The notes under the pieces were generated by a model. The model was given only the letters and a program-made list of their open reading frames with translations, did no database searches and was not told the DNA's origin. This document shows positions 14,191-27,670 of a stretch of DNA of 64,000 nt, piece after piece; the stretch's first letter is position 1; the number at the start of each line of letters is the position of its first letter. The translations under genes were made by a program, and so were the position numbers. The DNA is from Octopus sinensis. Taxonomy: Eukaryota. The stretch lies in assembly GCF_006345805.1 (NCBI RefSeq), contig NC_042998.1, positions 122,326,001 through 122,390,000 of the forward strand, read 5' to 3'.

Positions 14191-16286
14191 AACCATAAGG
14201 GTAATAAGTATGTAAAAGCAAAATAATGTATATGGAACTTTGGTAATAAAAAATTGAAGAATTTTTGAAGATTCTATTTCAAGTGGTTGGATATTGTTTA
14301 GTTATAAAATATTTTATCATTTGTGCAGTGTGTTGGTATGGGGTATGGGGTATGATAGAGCGTGATGTGATGGGGTGTGGTTTTATGTGATGTTGGGAAT
14401 TTGATGAGATTCGATCTATTATCAGTTTACTGAAGGGAGAAGACAATGAGAGAGTGATACAGAGGAAAAGAGCAAGAGTGAGGAAGTGAAAGAAAGAAAG
14501 TGTGGAGAAAGAGAGTGAAAGGAAGGAAAGCAAGATATATAGAAATGGTAAATAGCTTCCTATTGCTAATAGTTTCCGTTATTCATCTGTGTTTCATTCA
14601 AAGACATATTTTCATGGTAATTCTGACAATCTTAAAGACTATAGCCATGCCACTTGTGAACAGAATAAAACATCTAATTGCTAATGAGGAATAGAATAAA
14701 ACCCCAAAGTTTTGCACAACAAACAAAATGTTAACTAGTGAATCAGTATAACAATTAGATGCTGTATCTAGCAAATGATATAAAAGAATAAAATGCTTTG
14801 CCAATAATGGCGATTTTATTGATTCTCTTTCATGTCTTCAGAAGGCTGCTTGACAAGCATTTCTTAGACTATTCAGCAGTTATCAATATGGTTTTCTGAG
14901 ATTACTCTATTATTATTATTAGTATTATTATTATTGTCATCATCGTCGTCGTCATCATCATCATCATAATTTCATTATTGAGAATTTATAATTTTTCCTC
15001 ACTTCTTATATCAGTTACAGCTATTCAATGAACACAGTAAGCCACCATCTGCTGAGTTGTCCAAAATTGTGAAGTAGTTTTTATTTAACGAATTATTATT
15101 GAGATGGCAACAATGGTGGATATACAATAAAACTAAACTACATACCAGTATTTATTTTGCTTGTTTAAATTTTGAGTTCAAATTTTCAACAAGATCAAGT
15201 TTGCTTGTCTTCCTTCCATTCATGAAACAAATGTTAATACTGTTCTGGTTCATTTAATACCCACAACCTGTTCTTTATATAATTTGTTATTCTATGTTAT
15301 CTAAAGATATAATTATTACTTTATTATTGGGAATTACTAGATCTTTTTTTCATTTTATATCAATGACAGATATTTTCCAATGTCAATAAGTTATACAATA
15401 CAGTGTGTTTGAAACTGAGAAGCTGCTCTCATTTTTAAATGAATTACTGGCATAGCTGTGTGGATAAGAAGCTTTCTTCACAGCTATATGGACTCATCAA
15501 AAGAGAGCTTGCCAAGGGAAACAACGAGCAAGTGAATGAGTATGCATGTATGAGGTTGTGTGTGTATATGTGTATGTGTGTATGTGATAGGAAGAGGAAG
15601 CAGAGGAGTAGGTGTTTATGAGGGCATAGGGGAAGCAGTGTTACTAAAGGGAGGCTATATGGATGTTCAAGCCAGTAGGATGAGAAATTATAGATAGAAA
15701 CTGATATGCTGTGAACAACCTTGGGATGGTTGAACCATGAAGTAGACTGATGATGCTACAAGCAAAGTGATGATGTCAACTATGTTCAAGAGACTTGAAA
15801 TTCCGTGTTAAGGTCAAAATGGCACTTTTCCTCTGATTTGCCAATAAAAGGCCATTCAACTATAGAATACTCTTACTCCATCCTGTACAAATAAAATTAC
15901 AAATTTAAGAAAAACTCAAAAATCCACTGGCATTTCTATCATACTATTCATGTTCTCACATGTCAAACCAAATATTGATAACCCTGAAATCGGTCCTTCA
16001 AAGCAATGAATAAACTAAGCAATTCAGAGATTAACTGTGATGTAGCTAATATGTAAGAAAAGAGGATAAAAGTATAGAAACAAAAGCAACTTATTTAAAA
16101 TTAAAAATAAGTGCAGTGGCAGAGTATTAGTGTTACAAAACATAGTTGTTTTGTCTAGTTTCTTTTGTGTTATTTATCAAGAGAAAACACAGAACAGATT
16201 ATGTTCCAAACTGCAGATGTTAAGGTTATAGACAGAATGCTAGAGTACTATAGATCTGGAAGGATGATTGGGGCAATGGTTTAGAC

Positions 16287-16616
16287 CAGGGTATTTCAAT
16301 CATTTTAATCTATGGACCTCTTTGATTACTATTTTATTCTGGTGGACTCCTATAGCCATTTGATGTTTAAAAACTAGTTTTAAAGAAACTTCTTTCAAAC
16401 TTCTTATTTTGTTTATCACACATTAACTTGTGCAGGTTGAACGATGTAAAATGTTTGAGAAAGAAACCTAGCTGTTTCTTGCAATGTATTACCAATGTAT
16501 ACATCTAAAGCAAATCTTTTTTAGGGGCCAATGACAATTTATTATTTTGTTGCATAGACCCCTAAAAATCTTATATAGACCCTCAGGGGCTTTAAGGCCC
16601 TGGTTGGGAACCATTG
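16287..16616. mobile_element. hAT (Charlie-like) MITE
   Basis: Ends cagggtatttcaatc / ggttgggaaccattg resemble CAGTGGTTCCCAACC-type TIRs; flanks gtttagac / gttgtaga resemble an imperfect 8-bp TSD. Confidence 0.6.
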
Positions 16617-17429
16617 GTTGTAGAGAAGAGGGAACAGAAAAGGGTAGAAAGTGAAGCCAAAACTAAGGCTAGGCAGATGTGGGAGAACGTTTACTTGTTC
16701 AGAAGAGCTAAAGTAATTGTGTTAGTTGTAGAAGTGGTAGAGAGGAAAAACAATATCCTTGTGAGGCTGCAGTTAATATTAGGGGGTTATTGAGTGAATC
16801 ATTGCCTATTGGTTGGGTACCATTTTCTATCTGGATGAAGCCAATGGATGAAGACATACATGCATTGTTGTCATCGTTGATGTCATCATCATCATCATTG
16901 TCATTGTTGTCGTTGTCTTCTTCCTCCTCCTCCTCCTCCTCCAAAAACAGTACCTCAATGTGAATATGCTGTTTAGCTGCAGATCAATCCTGATCAATCA
17001 AGCCCATCATCAAAAACATTCCAGCCATGATCATCCTGCATATTTATTCGATGAGTCCTTTCATTATTTAAGAAGGAAGGATGCAATTTAAGAGGGATTT
17101 GACTCACAATGGCTCAAATGTTGATATACATTTGCACACGATATATTTTCTAAAGCTCTCAATTTAGGTAAAATGTAAGAGCTACATTTTCAGACTATAC
17201 TAGATTATTATGAGTATGCAAGAACACAAACCAGAGAAATTCATAAAAAAGAATGAATGATGTAAATAAATAGCTTAGTCTTGACTACTCAAATATTGAG
17301 TTTTACATATGCAAATATATATATACACACCCACCCACCTACATACATATATGTATACATTTACACACATATATGTATACACCTCATCCATACACTCATG
17401 CATATGCACATATATACACATGTACAATA

Positions 17430-17560
17430 GCCCTTCACACAGCTTCCATCTACCAAATTTCACTCACAAAGCTTTGGCCAACCTGGGGGCTTGGTAGAAA
17501 ATGCAGGGCAGTAAATTTGAACCTTGAACCACATAGCTGTGAAGCAAGTATCTCAACCAT
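17430..17560 (-). mobile_element. SINE family A head fragment
   Basis: ttccatctaccaaatttcactcacaaagctttgg motif. Confidence 0.6.
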
Positions 17561-18254
17561 AATCAATAAAAATAAGCAAAAATTTATTTATAATTAAATG
17601 TTTCTTAATTGCTTGTGAAGAAAGATTTGGAGAGATGAGTATAATAATAATATGTAACTCATATTCGAAATGGGGCCCACACTATATGTGGCATCCACAC
17701 CATAGATTCACATAAAATCAACCAATGAGGAAAAGCCAATGAGATCTCATTTCCTACTAGAAATAACAACTAAATCTTTTTCATATCATTCTCTACCATC
17801 TTAAATAAGGTTTTCATTCTTCCATTCATTTTTACATCATTTTCCTTTTCATGTTTGCATGGGCTAGATGAATAGATTATTGAGGCATTGTTATTCAGTT
17901 AGATACCCTTCCTGTCATACTTTCTTTTTTTTTTTAAGTAAAGGTTCTCTTATACAATATGTCTTCAGAGATGCAAAGCCAGTGGATGATTTATTGAAAG
18001 AGGAAATGACAATCATGTCACTATTTATAACCTGCTGATTTTCAGAGAAGGGCAAATACAAACATAGACACACACACACACACAATATGATAATATAATA
18101 TATAATATAATACAATTTATGTACGTATATCATTATTCGGTTTTATTTCAAGATTTCTTGGCAATAAAGAAAGAGCTAGTTTTTAACCTAGATCTAAGTC
18201 TCTTTCATTGGAATTTCAACATCAACAGGGTATTTTTGTATGTGTGTATTTGGA

Positions 18255-18652
18255 GTCTTTTACTTGTTTCAGTCATTTGACTGCAGCCATGCTGGAGCAC
18301 CGCCTTTAGTCGAGCAACTCGACCCCGGGACTTATTCTTTGTAAGCCCAGTACTTATTCTATCAGTCTCTTTTGCTGAACCGCTAAGTGACGGAGACATA
18401 AACACACCAGCATCGGTTGTCAAGCAATGCTAGGGGGACAAACACAGACACACAAACATACATGCACACACGTATATATATATGCATATATACGATGGGC
18501 TTCTTTCAGTTTCCGTCTACCAAATCCACTCACAAGGCTTTGGTCGGCCCGAGGCTATAGTAGAAGACACTTGCCCAAGGTGCCAGTAGGACTGAACCTG
18601 GAACCATGTGGTTGGTAAACAAGCTACTTACCACGCAGCCACTCCTGCGCCT
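18255..18652 (-). mobile_element. SINE family A, near full length
   Basis: Reverse strand starts aggcgcaggagtggctgcgtggtaag (A box), ggttcagtcc (B box), then a CORE-like ccttgggcaagtg block. Confidence 0.9.
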
Positions 18653-19489
18653 ATGTATATGTGTATGTATATGATTGTACAGATTCACATGTTTTGTTTT
18701 ATGTATGTATTCTCATGCATATAGCTGTATATCTAGGCATGTTCATATATACGTAAATGATAAACTTCTGAAAAGTTTTACAAATTTTTACAGTTCTAGT
18801 GTTGCATTCGATCTGTAGTCTTCAAATCAGCTTTCTCCCTTCTAGTTTTGAGAAGCTTAATTTCTCAAGATTGGTATTTAGGCAGTGTGTTACATATCCC
18901 AGTGCGCCAATAATTAAAGGTATGTATGTATGTATGTATGTATGTATGTATGTATGTACTTCAAATCAAAGGAAGACTTTAAAACATTTTTAATGATCAG
19001 TTTCAATTGCTTCTGTACCGACTCTGCTTTCAACACCAGTTCAAACAAAAGTTCCAAGTGAAAATTTATGTAATGTTTGTGGTTTTAAACATTAGAGTGG
19101 CACTTACTCAAACTCTTTCCCACTTCTGCATCCCTCTATCATCCTCAGCTCTTGTCTCATCCTTCCTTCAACCCTCCCTATTTTGACAGTCTTTCCCTCC
19201 ACTACTCATTCATTTTCCAATACAATCTTACAAACCACCCATCCACTTCTACTCAGCTTTTGCCTTGTGGTGCTACCTGGTCACCCTATCACCATTTTAT
19301 TTCTTGCATCCCCTACTAATCATTCCCCACTCTTTTTTTCCCATACTACATGTGAGTTGCCATGCAGTTCCTTCTGCAGGTACTTACTCTACTCCACTCT
19401 CTCACTGTAATCATCCCCTAAGCATGGAGCTGACCCCCAACACCAACCCCAGAGCTTGTAGTTTTGCGAATTGCCTGGTAATCCCAATA

Positions 19490-19646
19490 GTGCAGGTGGA
19501 ACGAAAAAAGCACCTATTCTATGCTGTAAAGTGGTTGATATTATGAAGGATAGCCATCCATGAAAACCATGCCAAAGCAGACATTGGAACTTGATATATT
19601 ACTGGGACACATTAGTTCTTGTCAAACCATTCAACTCATGTTAGAA

Positions 19647-19650
<4 letters not shown>
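19490..19650 (+). mobile_element. RTE-LINE 3' end fragment (degenerate)
   Basis: aaaaagcacc...gtaaagtggttg...aaaccatgccaaa. Confidence 0.55.
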
Positions 19651-19705
<55 letters not shown>

Positions 19706-19706
<1 letters not shown>

Positions 19707-20098
19707 GGCGTAGAAGAGGCTTTGTGGTAAGTAGCTTGCTTACCAATCACATGGTTCCGGGTTCAGTCCCACTGTGTGGCACCTTGGGCAAGTATCTTCT
19801 ACTATAGCCTCAGGCCGACCAAAGCTTTGTGAATGGATTTGGTAGAAGGAAACTGAAAGAAGCTCATCGTATTTATGTATATATGTGTGTATATATGTTT
19901 GTGTGTCTGTGTTTGTCCTCCCAACATTGTTTGACAACTGATGCTGGTGTGTTTACGTCCCTGTAACTTAGCGGTTCAGCAAAAGAGACCAATGAAATAT
20001 GTACTAGACTGGGGTTGATTTACTCGACTAAAGGCGGTGCTCCAGCATGGCCACAGTAAAATGATTGAAATAAGTGAAAGAGTAAAAGAGAAAAAGAG
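19706..20098 (+). mobile_element. SINE family A, near full length
   Basis: aggcgtagaagaggctttgtggtaag...ggttcagtccc...aaggcggtgctccagcatggcc tail. Confidence 0.9.
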
Positions 20099-20122
20099 TA
20101 TATATATATATACATATATACT

Positions 20123-20272
20123 TTTTTATTAAAGTTACAAAACCATTACAAAAGAATTGCTACACAGAATTTCATGTTCCCATTCATTGGGTAGTTGTGA
20201 TCAAGATTCTTGATGGGAACATGAAACTCTGATAGCAATTTTTTTGTGATGCTTTTGCAGCTTAAATAAAAA
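20123..20272. repeat. Imperfect inverted repeat (~60-bp arms)
   Basis: ttgctacacagaatttcatgttccc vs gggaacatgaaactctgatagcaa. Confidence 0.75.
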
Positions 20273-20343
20273 TACATATTATTCTACTTTTTGGTATTCA
20301 AGTACTATTTTTTTCATATTGCTTTGCATTTATGTGTTTACTC

Positions 20344-20345
<2 letters not shown>

Positions 20346-20382
<37 letters not shown>

Positions 20383-20404
20383 TAGATAGATATATACACA
20401 CACA

Positions 20405-20475
<71 letters not shown>

Positions 20476-20510
20476 CTATCTGTCTATCTATTTGTGTGTA
20501 TATATATATA
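20346..20510. repeat. (TA)n/(CA)n microsatellite
   Basis: Visible directly. Confidence 0.95.
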
Positions 20511-20845
20511 TCATCATCATCATCATCGTTTAATGTCCGCTTTCCTTGCTAGCATGGGTTGGACGATTTGACTGAGGACTGGCGAACCAGATGGCTACAC
20601 CAGGTTCCGATCTGATCTGGCAGAGTTTCTACAGCTGGATGCCCTTCCTAACACCAACCACTCCGAGAGTGTAGCTTTTATGTGCCACCGGTACGAGGGC
20701 CAGTCAGGTGGTACTGGCAATTGCCATGCTCAAATGGTGTTTTTTACATGCCACCTGCACAGGGGCCAGTCCAGCGGCACTGGCAACGACCTCGCCCAAA
20801 TGTTTTTTTTTTCACGTGCCAGTAAGGCGATGCTGGTAACGATTT
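20511..20845 (-). mobile_element. RTE-LINE 3' UTR fragment
   Basis: Same terminus and repeat units as the 6697 and 31520 copies. Confidence 0.8.
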
Positions 20846-20980
20846 TCTGTTTTTATTGCCAAATTCACTCACAAGGCTTTGATTAGTCTGAGGCAGAAGA
20901 AGATACTTGTACCAAGGGGCTGCACAGTGGGACTGAAAGCATGTAGTTGGGAAGCAAAAATTTTAATCACATAACCATGT
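20846..20980 (-). mobile_element. SINE family A head fragment
   Basis: caaattcactcacaaggctttg...cagtgggactgaa. Confidence 0.65.
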
Positions 20981-21964
20981 CTAGAGTATACATTATCTGA
21001 AAGCAGATAGAATGGTTATGGTTGGAATCCCCTGAAGCATAAGTAGGATCAGTCAGAGTTAATCTTGGGTCAAACATCAACAAAAACAATGCATTGATAT
21101 TGAATATCAATATGTTCAACAATGTAGTCCTGGATATACACTGCTGGAACGTCTTTGATCTTAGGTCTTCTTGATTAGGTTCACCTGCAGCTAAACAATA
21201 ACAACTTTAACATGAAAGAAAGACAAAATTGAAACATATCTAGCATGCTGAACCAATTGATTATTTATACTACTGGATCTAGTATACTGACACCCATGGG
21301 TCACTCACAAGAGATCAATAAATGATCATCATATCATACATCTTATTACAAAATTACATATATTTTTCTTTTACTTTAATCTATTTTTCTTGTTATCATA
21401 GCTCACATAGATGTTTTTTGCTGTTGTAAGAGCAATTGTTTTGACATCTAAATGCACTTTTCCCTCTTGATCATATAACTGCATCAGTCAAGCAACCTGA
21501 AGCAAAAATTTATATTTTCCTTACTCAGGGGATATAACAAAAAAGTTGCACTGTAGTTTGAACTCATGACCATATAATCAATAGTACACTGTTTTAACCC
21601 CATGGTTATTGTATCTGCTGCTTAGTATGTAAAATTCAATAGTATTAAGAAGATAAGAGATAGGATGAATATTCCTTCCCTATGGTAAGTAGAATTTCTC
21701 AGATCTTGTAGCTATTCCCAAGAGAACAGAGAATAAATAAACAGAAAATTGAGGCACGAAGAATTGAGTCATCTGTCTTGAGACACAACAAAGCATTATC
21801 AGTATAGTTTGAATTCATAATTTAAGTGTGAAAGTCTGATACCTTCTTCATCAAATCTATCACAATAGAGTTAATTAAGCTATGTAACTGTCATTCTCTA
21901 GTAAAAAAAAACAACAAAAAAACAAAAACAATCCTAGTTAGTTTTTATTTTTTTCAGTTTTTTA

Positions 21965-22200
21965 GGTAGCAAAATGGCAGAATCATTAGAGTTTCAGACA
22001 ATGTGCTTTGTATTATTTATTATATCTTCTTGTGTTTTGAATTCAGTTCCTGTTGTAGTCAATCTTGGTTTTCATTCTTCCTGGTCGATATATAAAGTAC
22101 TAATTTAGATGGTGGACTGGCAGAATTGTTGGAGCATCAGGCATGATGCCTTGTGGCATTTGTTCTGGTTCTTTGTGTTTTGAGTTCAAATTCTACCACT
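21965..22200 (+). mobile_element. Two degenerate heads of SINE family G (Nin-domain-like)
   Basis: ggcagaatcattag / ggcagaattgttgg heads, tttgagttcaaattc, ttttcattcttcctggtcgata; reverse complement of 41805 and 62535. Confidence 0.5.
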
Positions 22201-23029
22201 GGTTTACTTGTGTGGTACATTTAATCTACTGCCTGGTTTTAAAACCACTGCCCTGGTTTTAGCTGAATTCAGTCTGTTATAAGCATTCAAGCCAGATCTC
22301 TTGTTTGGGGATATCTTCCCTCCTCCTTCCCATTTGTCTTGGAGTCCTTGTAAAGGGTCAAGTGATTAAAAAAAAAATGAACAATCACAAGAAGAGCAGT
22401 AACTATGGTATTTGCAAACTGCTGACATTGATGCAACTAAAGACCAACCTAAGCACTTATTGGTGAATGTCTGCAGGAAAAAATATTGTCAGACAGGAAC
22501 TACAAGTCTAAATGTATGCTAAAACACCCTTGGGCGATGTGTTAAGTGACATATGACATATTAGATCTATCACCCAACAGGGTCCAACTGTAGATATAAG
22601 AAGGCTTGGTGTGAGAAATTAATAGATTATATTGCAGGGAATATGATATCAGCGAATCGAAAGATCTAGTCTCTGACAACGTGATGGTGTTAATAGCAGT
22701 TTTATGATGTTACCAATAGTAAAATGTGTCTCTTTACTTGGAGAGACTTTCTCTCACTGTCTTGTTTATGTCTTCTATAATTTTTGTTCTTTTATTTCAA
22801 GCTAACCATTATTGTAAGATCAGTTGATTACACTGAAGAATTATATCTCTGTAGGAAGATAATAAAAGGAAAATAATCAGGAACTAACTAATGACTCCAA
22901 GAGAATTTAATTTCCTGCACAGTGGCCAACAGAGCCAGAGAATATAGCTAAATGGTGTTGTGGTTTTCCGAGTTATAGCAAGGTAAAACTTAATGTTACT
23001 CGTGATGTGAGCAACATGTGTTTTGATTC

Positions 23030-23267
23030 AGGAATGAAAGGAAAGGGTGAGGGAGAAGGAGAGGGAGAGAGAAGGCGGGAGGTAGGAAAGAGGAGAGGAG
23101 AGGAGAGTAAGAGAAGTAGAAGGGCAATATGAAAGAGTAAGATGGTAAGAAAAATAGATTGAATGAACGAGTGAAAGAAGTGAAGATAGAAAGAGAAAAT
23201 GACAAACATAAAGAGGGACAAAGATGAGAATGATAGACAGAAAGAATGAGAGGAAAAGGTGTAGTAT

Positions 23268-23323
<56 letters not shown>

Positions 23324-23870
23324 AGCATGTAGGGAGGAGTTGCATGAGATACAGAAAGGAAAGAAGTAGAGATGGGAGTTGAGAGGAAAGGTGAATGAAG
23401 ACAAATAATGAAGACAAGAAAAAGACAGAATAAAAAAGTGAGGATGAAATAAAAGAATGATAGAAAATTAGGAAATGAAAATGGGGCTGAGAGAGAGAGA
23501 GAGAGAGAGAAGCCAAAAAAGTATACAGGGAGTAAAGGAAACAAAGAGAAAAAAAAAAGTGAATAAATAAGAAGTGAATGAGAAATAAAAGAGCATATTA
23601 CAAAAAAATGTAGCTGGAAATAAGGATAAAGAATGAAGATGAGTTGAAGAGGGTAAAAAATAGGAAAAGAAATAAAAAGAAAGACATATACACATACATA
23701 TATACATACATACAAACACACACACACACACACACATACACACACATATATATATATATGTGTGTGTGTATACACAATATATATGAGAGAGAAAGAGAGA
23801 GATGGGGGGTGAAAAAAGCAGAGTGAGACAGAGTAAATTACAATAAAACAAAGAGCATAGAAGCAAAATA
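23030..23870. repeat. GA-rich polypurine low-complexity tract
   Basis: Visible directly. Confidence 0.9.
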
Positions 23871-24584
23871 ACTGTGTAGAAAATGTATTGACTATACTAT
23901 CACAAGCCTTGCATTCAGATCTATATACACATGCAGATTTATGTGTTGCATCATATTAGATGCATATTGGCCACTGAAAAAAGAAACACATGCAATGTTT
24001 TATTAGTTGTTTATTTTTATTAATTTTTCTGTAGCAGATGACTCAGAACACAGATTTCTCCTCATGGGTATGCAGATATATCTTGTATTGTGAATTCAAC
24101 ATTAACAAACTTGTCACTGATGCTCTACTTTACTATATCTTATATAAAGTGGCTGAGATTATTACAGAATATCTGTGACAAATTCATAATAGTAAGTTAT
24201 GTATATTTTCTACATATTTTTCCATCTAGTTTACATCCTCCTTTCCATACTGGAATGATTTGCATTTGACTTTTTAAGGCAATATCTTATGGCTGAATAC
24301 CCTTCCTGACATCAATCCGATTTATCACCCCTTAGCTACTATTGTTTCCAGATCCACACTGACCCAGAATAATAGCAACTGTCAGGATCTCAGTAAAGGG
24401 CTAATTAGTATATATAATGAGAATATATTGGAGTGTGAAGATGTAGAAATAACCTTGGTTGGTGTCAGAGTGCACAGTAAAACAAATGGGTGTTATTTGT
24501 TTCAGCAACCTTCTAGGAGAGGGACACTATAATGTCTGTCTTGTTAGCAGGATATAAATTATTTGGTAGGTTTATGTGATATCT

Positions 24585-24953
24585 TTGTCTTTTACTTGTT
24601 TCAGTCATGGCCATGCTGGGGTACTGCCTTGAAGAATTTTTAATTGAATGAATTGACCTCAGTATTTCTTTTTTAAAGTCTGGTACTTAGACTATTGATC
24701 TCTTTTGTGAGCTGCTAAATTACAAGGACATAAATATACCAACACCAGATATCAATCAGTGGTGGGAGATAAACACCCCCCCACACACACATCGGTCTCC
24801 TTCCAGTTTCCACCAACCAAATTTACTCACAAAGCTGTGGTTGGCCTGAGGCTATAGTAGAAGACACTTGCCCAAGGTGCCAAGCTGTGAGATTGAACTT
24901 GGAATCATGTGGTTGGGAAACAAGATTATTACAACACAGCTACACCTGTGCCT
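24585..24953 (-). mobile_element. SINE family A
   Basis: Shared tail and head motifs. Confidence 0.85.
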
Positions 24954-25206
24954 ACATCTATACAATTTATTACTAAATTTGTTTCATGTTTTGGATGTTT
25001 CATTCAGTATTTGAACCTTGGTTGTTAGATTTATATGTCCTTAGTCACATGTTTATATTGTTTGTGATGCATGTCAGGTTTGTGTGTGTTTATTTGAACA
25101 TTTTGTTGTGTTATGAGTAATGCTTCTCCATTAATTATCTTTTTGTGTGGGGAATTTTATAAAGTATGGATGTGTTATCCACTAGCGTCTATCTACTTAG
25201 TTATGC

Positions 25207-26103
25207 ATGAAGTAGTATCAAAATTCCTGGACTAGTTCTGTAGCATACCAGCAGTTGACAACACATGGTTGCATGTGCAGTGAGAGCTATTAGTGACTTT
25301 CATGAAGCAGTGTGCTGAGTGATATCACTGTGTTTACTTCACAAGTTGTGAAATTTGTGTTTTTCTGATCATGTGTATGATGTAGTCTGTGATTTTTGTC
25401 GTGGACAAGAAGTTTGAATATATAGCCAAACTGAAATTTTGCATTAAACTTGGGAAGTCTACTACAGAGACATTGAGCATTCTTTGGCAAGCTTATGGCA
25501 ATGAGGCAATGGGTTGTACACAATATTTTGAGTGGCATCAGCACATCAAAAGCAGAAGAATGTTTCTGGAAGACAACGAGCAATCGGGAAGACCTTCCAT
25601 AAGCACCACCCTCAGAAATGTGGAGAAAATTAATAAATTTGTGCATGAGAATCGCTGGAGGACAATTAATGACATTGTTGATGTTGGCCTGTCATATGGG
25701 TCAGCGCATGCAATTCTAATGACTGAACTGAACATGTGATGTCACTGCGCTCTCCTCACTCGTGAGTTTCTCACCAAAAACAACATGGTATTGCTTCTAC
25801 ACCCACCCTGCTCACCAGATTTAGCACCTGAAGATTTCCATCTCTTCCCCAAGATGAAAATGCAGCTCAAAGACCACTGTTTTAACACTATTGTCGAGAT
25901 CCAGAGTGAATCACAAAAGCTCTTTGACTGCCATATGGAAAACAACTTCCAGGCCGGATTCCAAAAGTGGCAGGAACACTGAGACCATTGTGTTGCTGCA
26001 CAAGGTGACTATTTCAAAGGAGTTGATGTTAAAACTTAAGTAAATAGTTTACTTTTTTTTTATTAAACATACCTAATCTGAGAAGTTTTTGATATTACCT
26101 CAT
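25207..26103 (+). mobile_element. Mariner (Tc1/mariner) transposon, internally deleted, pseudogenised transposase
   Basis: KFCIKLGKSTTET...FEWHQHIK...SGRP (HTH region) and HPPCSPDLAPEDFHLFPKMK catalytic motif; TIR-like ends gtagtatcaaaattcctggact / agaagtttttgatattac. Confidence 0.9.
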
Positions 26104-26479
26104 ATGTAGGCTCACCATGCTTTTATAACAAGGAGAAATTACAGTACATTACTCTGTCTGTAAAGCATAAATTAAAACTAGATAGTTTTATTTGATTGTT
26201 GACATTTGCAATTGTTATATATTCAGTGAATGGTAGTCTAATTGTTTGGTGTTAATTCATTGACAACAACTACTATTTAGAGAATAAAAAATGTCAGCAA
26301 TCAAACACGGTAGAGATTACAGCTCAAAGCTTTGTTTATTCTCATCACATCATACCTCTCTATATACACAGAGCAATGGAATATTGTCTCTTATCAGTGT
26401 TCCTTATGAAGAAGCAAATTGTGATATTTAGTTGCGAATAAAGTGTACATTCTACTGATATGTATTGAGTTCTCTCTTT

Positions 26480-27670
26480 CATCATCATCATCATCACCAT
26501 CACCATCATCATTGATTAACTTCCGTTTTCTATACTGGCATGGGTTGGACGGTTTGACTGAGGTCTGGAGAGACAGTGGCTGCACTAGACTTCAATCCGA
26601 TCTGGCAAAGTTTCTACAACTGGATGCCCTTCCTTACGACAACCACTCCGAGAGTGTAGTGGGTGCTTTTTACATGCCACCGGCACAGGAGCTAGACAGG
26701 TGGGCCTAGCAATGATTACGTTTGGATGGTGTTTTTTATGTGCCACCAACACAAGAGCCATTGAGGTGGACCTGGTATCGACCATATTCAGATGGTGCCT
26801 TTTACGTGCAACCAGCATGGGAACCAGTCTAGAGGTACTGGCATTGGCCACATTCGGTTGGTGCTTTCTGTGTGCCATCGGCACAGGAGCCAGTCAGGCA
26901 GACCTGGCATTGACCACGTTCAGATGGTGCTTTTTATGTGCCACCGACATAGGAGCCAATCAGTGGGTAGTGGCCCCAGCTACAATATTGGTTTTACTTG
27001 ACTCAACAGGTCTTCTTAAGCATATCATATCATTCAATGCCTCAGGGGCATTCTTAACAGAATGCATGGCTGCGATCCCACTTTAGTTTCCAGGACTTCT
27101 CAATCACAGCATATTTCCAAAGGACCTGGTCTCCTGTCATTGTCTCTGTGAGGCCCAATGTTCGAAGGTCATGCTTCACCACCTCATTCAATGTCTTCCT
27201 GGGTCTACCCCTTCCACAGGCTCCTTCTACAGTTAGGGAGTGGCACTTCCTCACACAGCTGTTTTAATTTATATGTAACACATGGCCATACCAGTGCAGT
27301 CACTTCTCTTGCAGACCACATTTGATGCTTCTTATGCCTAACTTTTCTCTCAGGGTGCTTACACTCTGTTGTAGCATATCATACTAGCTTCATTTCTTTC
27401 AAGCCTATGCATGCCCTCAGCATTCATGGCCCATGTTTCGCTGCCGTGTAACATGGTAGTTCGCACACATGCATCATACAATCTACCTTTCACCTTGAGT
27501 GAGAGGCCTATATTTGCAAGCAGAGGTAGGAGCTCCCTGATCTTTGCCCAGGCTATTCTTACTCTAGTCGCTATACTCTCAGAGCAACTGCCCCAACTAC
27601 AGACTTGGTCGCCTAGGTAGCTGAAGCTATTAACTACTTATAGTTTCTGCCCTTGGCCTGTGATGGAATC
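26480..27670 (-). mobile_element. RTE-clade LINE 3' fragment (RT C-terminus + repeat-containing 3' UTR)
   Basis: ORF 27054-27254 VEGACGRGRPRKTLNEVVKHDLRTLGL...W is a typical RTE C-terminus; upstream SFSYLGD; (GAT)n tail. Confidence 0.88.

Noticed and set aside
22973-23866. 259-aa hydrophobic ORF suggesting a membrane protein
   Set aside because: Antisense translation of a GA-rich low-complexity tract
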